Source: a virus
Reading direction: 5' to 3' (one strand)
Virus record (IMG/VR): IMGVR_UViG_3300045988_154892
Length of the DNA stretch: 64,000 nt
Every line of letters begins with the position of its first letter. Positions within the stretch are counted from its first letter, which is position 1. Made by a program: the position numbers and the translations under genes. Of this stretch, positions 17,942-25,381 are shown in pieces. The notes beneath the pieces were generated by a model. It was not told the DNA's origin. It saw only the letters and a program-made list of their open reading frames with translations, and searched no databases.

Positions 17942-18475
17942 ATGAAATTAGAAAATATTAGTAAATACATGTGTTTAATTCTCAGACATAAACCAGAAGC
18001 AATTGGCATTACTTTGGATGAACATGGGTGGGCTAATGTCGTCGAACTGATTGACGGGATTAGGAAAGACAATCCTGGATTCGATCTGGATCATCTGTAC
18101 GAGATAGTAAAAACAGATTCGAAGGGAAGATACTCTTTTAATGAAGATAAAACACTGATCAGATGCAACCAGGGACATTCGATTCCTGTAGATGTAGAGT
18201 TGGAAGAGAAACAGCCACCAGAATTTTTATATCATGGGACTGGCGAAAAATACGTAGTGTCAATCGATCAGATTGGGTTAATTCCAAAAAGCCGGTTATA
18301 TGTTCATCTTTCGAATGACGTTGATACTGCAGAAAAAGTCGGATAAAGACACGGAAAAGAAGTTGTATATCAGGTGGCATCTGGCCAGATGCATAGAGAT
18401 GGATATAAATTTTATTTGTCTGTGAATAATGTTTGGTTAACCAAAGAAGTGCCAATAAAATATTTAGAAAGGTAA
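17942..18475 (+). pseudogene. kptA: RNA 2'-phosphotransferase Tpt1/KptA interrupted by an in-frame TAA at 18344-18346
   Basis: [35 protein letters not shown]-stop-RHGKEVV...NNVWLTKEVP; the stop replaces the residue between VG and RHG; same frame reopens and runs to 18475. Confidence 0.8.
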
Positions 18476-18565
18476 AGTGATCGATATGAAAAATGTAAAA
18501 GTAATTACAATGAGCTTTGGAGAATTTAAAGACTATGTTGGAATGGTTGCAAACGGAGGGATAAG

Positions 18566-18742
18566 ATGAACAATAAGGCTATTTGTAGAAAAACCGATGA
18601 ACATTTTACAGAAGGTAAAGAATATGAATGTACAGCAGCTTATTCAAGATATGAAAGTGCTGCTGTAGATATTCTTGACAACAACAAAGAACTCATTACA
18701 TGTGAAATAAACGATAAAGATTTTCAATTTGTTTTCAATTAA
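18566..18742 (+). CDS. hypothetical 58-aa protein
   Basis: ATG behind ACGGAGGG; ATGA overlap with a 27-codon ORF at 18486. Confidence 0.4.
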   Translation: MNNKAICRKTDEHFTEGKEYECTAAYSRYESAAVDILDNNKELITCEINDKDFQFVFN

Positions 18743-18758
18743 TGAAACAGACATTTCA
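18743..18758 (+). repeat. junction motif TGAAA-N6-TTTCA
   Basis: TGAAACAGACATTTCA; AAGGAGAG 3 nt downstream. Confidence 0.7.
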
Positions 18759-18771
18759 AAAGGAGAGAACA

Positions 18772-18936
18772 ATGGAAAACTATATGAATGCTCCTATTCA
18801 GTTAGAGTGGACAGATAAAGATGTATTAGAAGATTTCGAGAAATATCATGATAAGAAAGCAGTTTCTAGAAGATTTTGCATTCCCGTATCTCAAGTAACA
18901 GAAATATTAAAACGAAACGGTGTTAAAGAAAAATGA
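18772..18936 (+). CDS. small protein with possible HTH
   Basis: ATG behind AAGGAGAG; start moved from 18742 (motif ATG); RRFCIPVSQVTEILKRNG looks HTH-like. Confidence 0.5.
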   Translation: MENYMNAPIQLEWTDKDVLEDFEKYHDKKAVSRRFCIPVSQVTEILKRNGVKEK

Positions 18937-19127
18937 TTCCAAAATATTTGGACTATACAGTAACACCTGCAGATTTGAGAAATATGTCAGAAGAGAATGT
19001 CATAGAATTAATGATTTTCACGGATCGAGATCGAAAAGATAATGAGGATGCAGAAAGACTGTATTGGTGGTGTATACAAGAAATCAATTTTCGAATGGAT
19101 TTGAGCGGATCTGAATATGAGCAGTAA
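18933..19127 (+). CDS. hypothetical protein
   Basis: ATGA overlap with the upstream gene. Confidence 0.45.
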   Translation: MIPKYLDYTVTPADLRNMSEENVIELMIFTDRDRKDNEDAERLYWWCIQEINFRMDLSGSEYEQ

Positions 19128-19163
19128 GAAAGCGATGGCTGGTTTAGTCATCGCTTTCTTTAT
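19128..19163. terminator. bidirectional terminator between convergent genes
   Basis: 10-bp stem GAAAGCGATG / CATCGCTTTC; overlaps the stop of the minus-strand gene. Confidence 0.7.
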
Positions 19164-19473
19164 GATATGCTGCAGCTCTATAACGGAAATTCGCATCCTG
19201 GATTTCTTGTGAGATATGTTCCATTCGATCGATATATTCTGTAACATGTGATGGAATTTTTGTATCCCATTCGTTTTTATCGGAAGTAAGTAGATCGTTC
19301 GGGGTGCATTCTAATGCTTCACAAATTTTTTCAAGAGTTTCAAAGCGAATGCTTGCCATATTACCAGAACAAATTTTTGACACTGATGGTAAAGAGAGAT
19401 CAGTAGCTTCTGCAAATGCAGCTTGACTTTTATATTTAGTCAATATTAAATGTTGAATATCTAATTTAATCAT
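19144..19473 (-). CDS. XRE-family helix-turn-helix regulator (only minus-strand gene)
   Basis: SQAAFAEATDLSLPSVSKICSGN...FETLEKICEALECTPNDLL; ATG behind CGGAGGTG; start trimmed from 19491. Confidence 0.8.
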   Translation of the reverse strand: MIKLDIQHLILTKYKSQAAFAEATDLSLPSVSKICSGNMASIRFETLEKICEALECTPNDLLTSDKNEWDTKIPSHVTEYIDRMEHISQEIQDANFRYRAAAYHKESDD

Positions 19474-19522
19474 ATTGCACCTCCGTGTCAATGATTATAA
19501 CATAATTAAATAAGAAAATCTA

Positions 19523-19624
19523 TAAAGACATATTTATATAAATAAAGATAAATTGTGATATAATAGCAAAAATAATAAAGATATATTTATATTAAGCATT
19601 GACATATTAAAGATATGTTGATAT
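19523..19624. repeat. four TAAAGA-type direct repeats (operator candidates)
   Basis: TAAAGACATATTTATAT 19523, TAAAGATAAATTGTGATAT 19543, TAAAGATATATTTATAT 19576, TAAAGATATGTTGATAT 19608. Confidence 0.6.
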
Positions 19625-19627
19625 AAT
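19599..19627 (+). promoter_or_regulatory. consensus sigma-70 promoter facing the mazF-like gene
   Basis: TTGACA, 17 nt, TATAAT with TG extension; a second TGaTATAAT at 19556-19564. Confidence 0.7.
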
Positions 19628-19670
19628 GAGTTCAACGTAAGAAAAACAAGAGAGAAAGGAGGAACCGGGT

Positions 19671-20042
19671 ATGGATGTACATTGTGGCGAAATTAAACGT
19701 GGTGAAATCTATTGGGTAGATTTCGGGAAAACGAAAGGATCTGAACAGGGCGGAAAACGCCCAGCACTTGTTGTTCAAAATAACATTGGGAATAAACATT
19801 CTTCAACAACCATAGTCGTGACAATCACATCAAAAAGGAAGCCCAATCTTCCTACTCATGTCATTTTGGAAAAAGATGCGTTGAATGGATTAAGTTCCGA
19901 TTCGTTAGTAACATGTGAACAAATTAAAACAATAGATAAAGCTAGATTGTTGGATAAAATCGGAGAGATTAGTCCCAAAAAGCAAAAAGAAGTGAACAGA
20001 GCAATGCAGATTAGTTTGCAGACATTATTAATGGAGGGATGA
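19671..20042 (+). CDS. mazF: MazF/EndoA (PemK) family toxin without an upstream MazE
   Basis: GEIYWVDFGKTKGSEQGGKRPALVVQNNIGNKHSSTTIVVTITS...LPTHV and C-terminal AMQISL closely parallel B. subtilis EndoA (from memory). Confidence 0.85.
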   Translation: MDVHCGEIKRGEIYWVDFGKTKGSEQGGKRPALVVQNNIGNKHSSTTIVVTITSKRKPNLPTHVILEKDALNGLSSDSLVTCEQIKTIDKARLLDKIGEISPKKQKEVNRAMQISLQTLLMEG

Positions 20043-20046
20043 CAAG

Positions 20047-20349
20047 ATGATAGAAGCATATGAATACTCTGATTACAACCAAGCGATGCAGAAAATGAAA
20101 GAACTTGAAAAAAAGAACAAGAAGTACAAAATTCTTATTTATACAATTGATTATGATCAAAATGAAGAAAGTAAAAAAATAACTACACCTGCAGAAGGGT
20201 GTAAATTAATTAAAAAAGCAAAAACTATTTTCCTTAACAGAGATGAAATAATCGAACATATGCAATTATATTCTACGATACAAGATATCGAACACATCAA
20301 TCGAGAAGGTATTATGCATGACATTATTCTACCACATCTAAGAGAATGA
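20047..20349 (+). CDS. hypothetical protein 4 nt downstream of the toxin (antitoxin candidate)
   Basis: ATG behind GGAGGG; no recognisable domain. Confidence 0.5.
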   Translation: MIEAYEYSDYNQAMQKMKELEKKNKKYKILIYTIDYDQNEESKKITTPAEGCKLIKKAKTIFLNRDEIIEHMQLYSTIQDIEHINREGIMHDIILPHLRE

Positions 20350-20436
20350 AATGGAAATATTTACCTCTGTAATATACATGTCAAGAGGTATAAAATGGAA
20401 ATATAAGGAAAAACAAAATTATAGTAGCGCAAACAA

Positions 20437-20497
20437 ATGTTCGAAAACATATTGACAAGAACATTAGTTCGATGTATTATAATTTTGTCGAACAAAA
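20437..20497 (+). promoter_or_regulatory. consensus promoter embedded in three palindromic operators, the middle one a Gram-positive SOS (Cheo) box
   Basis: TTGACA 20452-20457, 17 nt, TATTAT 20475-20480. Palindromes: ATGTTCGAAAACAT 20437-20450; AGAACATTAGTTCG 20458-20471 (GAAC-N4-GTTC); TTTTGTCGAACAAAA 20483-20497. Confidence 0.6.
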
Positions 20498-20503
20498 TAA
20501 AAG

Positions 20504-20610
20504 AAGGGAATCATACCTGCGTTGGAGCGCATACGGTATGAATCCCTTCCTATACATAACAAGCAAAACAAGCAATATTCATATGTTTAAGGTGTTGGAG
20601 CAGCTTAAAC
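20504..20610 (+). ncRNA. structured leader or sRNA candidate with two UUGGAG-loop hairpins
   Basis: Hairpin 20504-20548 (13 of 14 outer bp plus 4 inner bp) and hairpin 20585-20610 (7 plus 2 bp), both capped by G-UUGGAG-C. Confidence 0.35.
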
Positions 20611-20827
20611 GAATAATGGCAATGTCCTGCTTAAGTATCATTATACATATTAATTTGCAATTCTGCAAGTCTATCTTGAGTAGTTCGCTATTATTTCACA
20701 ATTTCATTAAAAGAGAATAGGAGAATAACAAATACGAAAAGGTACTTATTATTTCAAATGAAAATAAGAACCTGTATTAAAGTTACCTATTTTTAAAAAA
20801 CTAAATAAAAAAAGGAGTGATTAGAAA

Positions 20828-21511
20828 ATGCAGTACACTATCACAAATGGAAAATGTTGGGTAATTGAAAATCCAATGCGTCCAGGCGAGTATATGGCAT
20901 CAACTATGTCGTCTAGAGCAAAATACTTCACGTTCAAACAGGCAAAGAATCTGTTAAACTCACGGAACAAAAAGATGAGTTGGATTCGTCATGGATACTC
21001 AATGGTTGGAGACGATGGTAAAGCACCATCTGTTTCTCCGAAAGCAAAAGGTAACGGTGGTACTTTTTTAGCAGAGAATGATATCTTCGTTGATCTTACA
21101 TTGCTTGATCGGATTGAGGATGAAACAGAAAAATATTTAAGTCTAGCTGGTTGGAATGAATCCGAACTGAGTAATATATCAGAATCGCTTAATACATATT
21201 TGTCAAAACTTGACTCTGAAGAGAGTGATATTAAACATGCTTTGGTTATTTACGCACATAATCACAATGGAAAAATGCCACAGGCTCACAAAATTGCAAA
21301 AGTTGGTTATATGTTTTTACATATTTTAATTGATCGAGCGCACGTCAAGGCATGTATGAGAAAAGTAACTACTATGAAGAATGCTCTTACATGCTCATAC
21401 TCCATTGGAAAATTACAGCATGAATTAAGCAAAAGTGAGAATGGAGAATATAGCGAATATAAACCAAGAACTGCAAAGTTTGAAGAAACTATGAAAATAT
21501 TAGAAGGGTAG
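20828..21511 (+). CDS. hypothetical protein, apparent paralog of 7271-7840
   Basis: ATG behind AAAGGAGTG. Confidence 0.55.
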   Translation: MQYTITNGKCWVIENPMRPGEYMASTMSSRAKYFTFKQAKNLLNSRNKKMSWIRHGYSMVGDDGKAPSVSPKAKGNGGTFLAENDIFVDLTLLDRIEDETEKYLSLAGWNESELSNISESLNTYLSKLDSEESDIKHALVIYAHNHNGKMPQAHKIAKVGYMFLHILIDRAHVKACMRKVTTMKNALTCSYSIGKLQHELSKSENGEYSEYKPRTAKFEETMKILEG

Positions 21512-21521
21512 GGTGGAAATT

Positions 21522-22232
21522 ATGAGATACAAGTATTTAACAGAGACTCAAATAGAGAAATTAGAATCTCTTACGCCAGAAGAAGCAGAAAAAATTCAGC
21601 AAACGTATTTAGATGATGATATGCGTGAGCTTAAAAAAATCTGCAAAACTTTGATTTACAAAAAGAAAAAATCATCGCAGGATTTACCGACACTTCATGA
21701 TGCAGAACTTGAAAGCCTAGCAGTAGAAGTTTTTCTGTCAAGTTTACTCAAATATAATTCGGATGTCAAATGCACTTTTAAAACGTATTTATATGGAAAT
21801 ATTTGGAGAAAATATTGGACATATACAAGAGATATCGAACGTAAAAAACGCTGTGTTTTTGTTCCAGATATTGATGAAGAAACTGGCAAGCAAAAAGTTG
21901 ACAAAGAAGGAAATCCTAAAGAGAAGCCTGTATTTGATATCTCCATATATTCTCAAATCGATGAAAATGGAATGCAACTCTGGGAAACATTTGTATCTGG
22001 AAAAACCGTGGAAGATGTCGTCTTTCAAAATGATCAAGAAATGTCATCTGCGATGAGAGAATATACTAATAAGTTATCAAGAGTACAGAGTGTAATTTTA
22101 CATATGCTTGCAGATGGATTTAATGAAGAAGAAATTCTTCAGAATTTACATATTTCTAAGTCACTCTATAACGATAGCTTAAAAGCTATCCGGAACAACT
22201 CAAATACAAGAATACTTAGGAGGGATTATTAA
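21522..22232 (+). CDS. sigma-70-family (ECF-like) sigma factor candidate
   Basis: Region-2-like FKTYLYGNIWRKYWTYTRD and region-4 HTH LSRVQSVILHMLADGFNEEEILQNLHISKSLYNDSLKAIRN. Confidence 0.6.
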   Translation: MRYKYLTETQIEKLESLTPEEAEKIQQTYLDDDMRELKKICKTLIYKKKKSSQDLPTLHDAELESLAVEVFLSSLLKYNSDVKCTFKTYLYGNIWRKYWTYTRDIERKKRCVFVPDIDEETGKQKVDKEGNPKEKPVFDISIYSQIDENGMQLWETFVSGKTVEDVVFQNDQEMSSAMREYTNKLSRVQSVILHMLADGFNEEEILQNLHISKSLYNDSLKAIRNNSNTRILRRDY

Positions 22233-23734
22233 TGTTAGATGAATACAGAATCGAACAGATGGGCGTAGGAGCTTATGTTGATAGTATTGATGAGGAAGTT
22301 ATTACTGTTGATCAGGCAGTCCAGAGAGCGTTTTGTTGGTCAAATGAAATGATCAATAATTTGATTTATAGTACTGTATCTCCAAAACGGATTTACATTC
22401 CAAACATTATTCTTGCAGAAGAAAAAAGAGAAGATGGGCTTACTACTACATACGTAGTGGACGGTGGTCAGAGAACCGAAGCGCTCAGACGTTTTGTATT
22501 TGATGGGCATAAGATCTCTAAATCAATCCGGAATAGATATGTGACTTATCAAGGAAACAAACTGGATAAAAATGGAAAACCTATGAGAGATGAAAATGGA
22601 AAACTGATCAAAGAAATCAAAACATTTGATCTGGTTAATAAAACTTATAATGATTTTCCACCAGAACTGAAAAAGAGAATGAGATCATGTCAGTTGTCTG
22701 CTGCAATTTATCAGGAATGTACTCCAGAAGATACCTGCGATCTTGTCATGTTATATAACTCTACTATTCCAATGAATGTAAGCCAGAAGGCGTTTACTTA
22801 CATTGGTACATTTGCGGATAAAATTAAACGGATTAAAGATAATAATCGTTTTCTTAAAGATTGTACGATGCTGAATGAGTTAGACAAGAAAAAAGGCATC
22901 TGGGAAAGAGTGATCATCGAATGCGTTATGGCGATGTTTCATTTAGAAGAATGGAAAAAGGCGCCAAGGGATATCTGCAAGTATCTTAATGAGAACGGAA
23001 CAGAAGAAGAATTTGATACACTGAACAAATACTTTAATATGTTAATTCCTTACGCAGATAAACTCGATCATACAGAAGTAGCTGAATTATTTGTGTCAAA
23101 AGATTTTATGGCATGGATGACTCTTATGAAAAGAGTCTTAGATGAAGGAGTTTCACCAGAAAATTTTGGAAAATTCCTGATTGCATTTAATGACATGAAA
23201 GAAATCAAAGTCAATGATACTGATTGGATTGAAATAGAACAGGATAAACACACAAAGGACAAGAAAGTAATTCAGCAGAAAATTGATTATTTACATACTT
23301 TATTAGTGGATTTTTTACATATTAAAGAGAATAAACATAATGAAGATGCAGAGAGCGAAAGTATCAAAGACTCATCAAAAAATTCAGAGGGTGAAGAATC
23401 TGCAATCATTGGTGTTGATGATCGTATTGATCAGAATGATATTGATTTTGTACATACTCATGTAAATGAGAAAGTAGATCCAGACGACATCGAATTTTAC
23501 AACGAGTGTCTGCAGGATACAAAAGTGTCTGCAAATGTTTATCAGCAGTGTAAAACAGCGTTAATTGCATTGATGGTTTATGCAGCGCAGAATAATCAGG
23601 ATCAGGAATTTGAACAGTGGATTGGAGAATATCAGAATGCAGATGATGAATATAGTTCCAATCAGGGTATTAATTTCAGATTCATGAAACGAGATTTCGA
23701 AAATTTTCTTATTAGAAAAGGAAACGCAGCGTAA
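22232..23734 (+). CDS. DUF262 domain protein with long C-terminal extension
   Basis: AVQRAFCWS ... VVDGGQRTEALRRF; no His-Me/DUF1524 nuclease motif seen. Confidence 0.75.
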   Translation: MLDEYRIEQMGVGAYVDSIDEEVITVDQAVQRAFCWSNEMINNLIYSTVSPKRIYIPNIILAEEKREDGLTTTYVVDGGQRTEALRRFVFDGHKISKSIRNRYVTYQGNKLDKNGKPMRDENGKLIKEIKTFDLVNKTYNDFPPELKKRMRSCQLSAAIYQECTPEDTCDLVMLYNSTIPMNVSQKAFTYIGTFADKIKRIKDNNRFLKDCTMLNELDKKKGIWERVIIECVMAMFHLEEWKKAPRDICKYLNENGTEEEFDTLNKYFNMLIPYADKLDHTEVAELFVSKDFMAWMTLMKRVLDEGVSPENFGKFLIAFNDMKEIKVNDTDWIEIEQDKHTKDKKVIQQKIDYLHTLLVDFLHIKENKHNEDAESESIKDSSKNSEGEESAIIGVDDRIDQNDIDFVHTHVNEKVDPDDIEFYNECLQDTKVSANVYQQCKTALIALMVYAAQNNQDQEFEQWIGEYQNADDEYSSNQGINFRFMKRDFENFLIRKGNAA

Positions 23735-23752
23735 AGAAAGGAGAATAAAATA

Positions 23753-24229
23753 ATGCAGATGAATATTGATGACATCAAAATTTCAGATCAGTTTCTTAAA
23801 TCACATCCATCAACAGAAAAAATGGAGAGATTCGAAAAGTATTGGCTTTTGACCAATCATCAGGATAAACCAATCGTTGTAGATAAATGTGGTTATCTCG
23901 TAGATGGATATATCCGATATCTTATTATGAAAAGAAATGGTGCAAAAACAATTCGGACAGTATATAAAGGTCAGCCAGGTGCGCTGATCAAAGGTGTTCA
24001 TATCAATTACAATGGTATTGGTATGAAAGAATACATTTGGCGAGTGCCAAGAGTTAAAGGATGGAGAAAATTCATCAATAATCTGCAGATTGGTGACGCA
24101 GTATTATGTGTTACGAAAAAAGGTGTAAAACCAGTCAAAGTTACAGAAATTCAAACAGAGAATATTATTGACGGGAGAGAATACAGTAAGGTGCTGATTA
24201 ACAAAAAGATCGAAGTCAAAACAAAATAA
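23753..24229 (+). CDS. ParB N-terminal (Srx)-like domain protein
   Basis: KPIVVDKCGYLVDGYIRYLIMKRNG resembles the ParB-N core with the GxxR box altered. Confidence 0.55.
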   Translation: MQMNIDDIKISDQFLKSHPSTEKMERFEKYWLLTNHQDKPIVVDKCGYLVDGYIRYLIMKRNGAKTIRTVYKGQPGALIKGVHINYNGIGMKEYIWRVPRVKGWRKFINNLQIGDAVLCVTKKGVKPVKVTEIQTENIIDGREYSKVLINKKIEVKTK

Positions 24230-24249
24230 GAAAGAGGTGAAACAAAAAT

Positions 24250-24405
24250 ATGCTACTTACAATTTTAAGAATCATTCTAATTATCTTCGCCTGGTTAAAT
24301 CTAATTGAAGAGAAGCAAGAACGAAAAAGTGAAAAAGTTTTATGGATCACTATTATTGTAACTACTGTAGTTGAGCTAGTATATAGCTTTTTCGGAATAT
24401 ACTAA
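24250..24405 (+). CDS. 51-aa membrane protein
   Basis: ATG behind AGAGGTG; two hydrophobic segments. Confidence 0.4.
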   Translation: MLLTILRIILIIFAWLNLIEEKQERKSEKVLWITIIVTTVVELVYSFFGIY

Positions 24406-24417
24406 CGGAGAATAGTA

Positions 24418-24539
24418 GGTCATGCGATTTAACATGCCTAAAAATGAGGTCGGAAATGGTTCCCGACGCACTCTGTAAAGAGTACCTGAGATGATGGTTA
24501 CGCCGCCCATCCATTTTTGGCATTTCAAATCGCATGACT
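24418..24539 (+). ncRNA. tRNA-like cloverleaf RNA closed by a long helix (Y-RNA-like?)
   Basis: P1 24419-24430/24527-24538; P2 24434-24446/24512-24523; three 5-bp hairpins 24449-24467, 24470-24483 (GUAA loop), 24493-24511; locally GC-richer, no plausible ORF. Confidence 0.55.
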
Positions 24540-24555
24540 GAAATATAAAATGCGA

Positions 24556-24571
24556 TGAAAGGCACATTTCA
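24556..24571 (+). repeat. junction motif TGAAA-N6-TTTCA
   Basis: TGAAAGGCACATTTCA upstream of the clpP SD. Confidence 0.65.
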
Positions 24572-24595
24572 GAAAAATAACAAAGAGGAGTAGTT

Positions 24596-25150
24596 ATGAG
24601 TTCAAGAGACAATACATACACAAACACAAGAACATTTTTTCTGTCAGATGATGTTGACAATGAATCGGTTGGGAAACTGATTTGGGGGATGCTTTATCAG
24701 ATCAATGAAGACAATGAAAAAGATGAAAAAGAAAAGGATTACAAGCGCGATCCAATTAAACTGTACATTAATTCCTGCGGTGGAACTATTTATGATATGT
24801 GGGCGCTGATTGATGTTATTCAGAATAGCAAAACGCCGATTCACACATATTGTATGGGATATGCCATGAGTGCAGCATTTGATATCTTCTTAGCAGGTCA
24901 TAAAAGGTATTGTTACAAGCATTCTACTTTCATGTATCATCAGATACATTGTAAGAGAAGTGGAAAGTATCAAGATCTGGTTGAAGATAGAATTGAAATG
25001 GACAATCTCAATAAGCAGATTGAGGAATATGTTTTGGAAAGAACAAAGCTGACGAAAGAAGATATTACTGACATTCGTGAAAAGAAGAAGGACTTCTATA
25101 TTCATTCGGATAAGGCGATTGAGTACGGTATCGTGGATGAAGTACTGTAA
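24596..25150 (+). CDS. clpP: ClpP-family (S14) serine protease
   Basis: INSCGGTIYDMWALIDVI, GYAMSAAF (Ser), FMYHQIH (His). Confidence 0.8.
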   Translation: MSSRDNTYTNTRTFFLSDDVDNESVGKLIWGMLYQINEDNEKDEKEKDYKRDPIKLYINSCGGTIYDMWALIDVIQNSKTPIHTYCMGYAMSAAFDIFLAGHKRYCYKHSTFMYHQIHCKRSGKYQDLVEDRIEMDNLNKQIEEYVLERTKLTKEDITDIREKKKDFYIHSDKAIEYGIVDEVL

Positions 25151-25197
25151 AGAACTTATACTGCGGAGAATATACCAATAGAAAAGGAGCTTCTTAT

Positions 25198-25377
25198 ATG
25201 AATAAATGTAATTTTTGTGCATATTCAATACCTACTGATCAGATGGGTGTATGGATATGTGAATATAAAGAATTTGACAAAAGAGAATTGTTTTGCGAAC
25301 AAGCAATAGAAACAATGATGAAATACAACGAAATAAGAGCTAATAACAATATAAACAAAATGAAAATGGAGGAGTGA
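25198..25377 (+). CDS. hypothetical Cys-containing 59-aa protein
   Basis: ATG behind AAAGGAG. Confidence 0.45.
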   Translation: MNKCNFCAYSIPTDQMGVWICEYKEFDKRELFCEQAIETMMKYNEIRANNNINKMKMEE

Positions 25378-25381
25378 ATAT

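Noticed and set aside
20472-20720. 82-codon ORF in the long non-coding region
   Set aside because: It has no SD, begins inside the -10 region of the promoter, and its product is hydrophobic and low-complexity. The region is better explained by hairpins and leader RNA.
24418-24539. Calling the cloverleaf a bona fide tRNA gene
   Set aside because: It has no 7-nt anticodon loop (a GUAA tetraloop instead), 9-nt D- and T-like loops without the GTTCRA box, and a ~25-bp closing helix instead of a 7-bp acceptor. It is kept as a tRNA-like ncRNA candidate only.
24596-25150. Interpreting ClpP as the prohead protease of a head-morphogenesis module
   Set aside because: No portal, scaffold or capsid genes are adjacent. 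Its neighbours are an ncRNA, a ParB-like gene and tnpB, so the role is left open.
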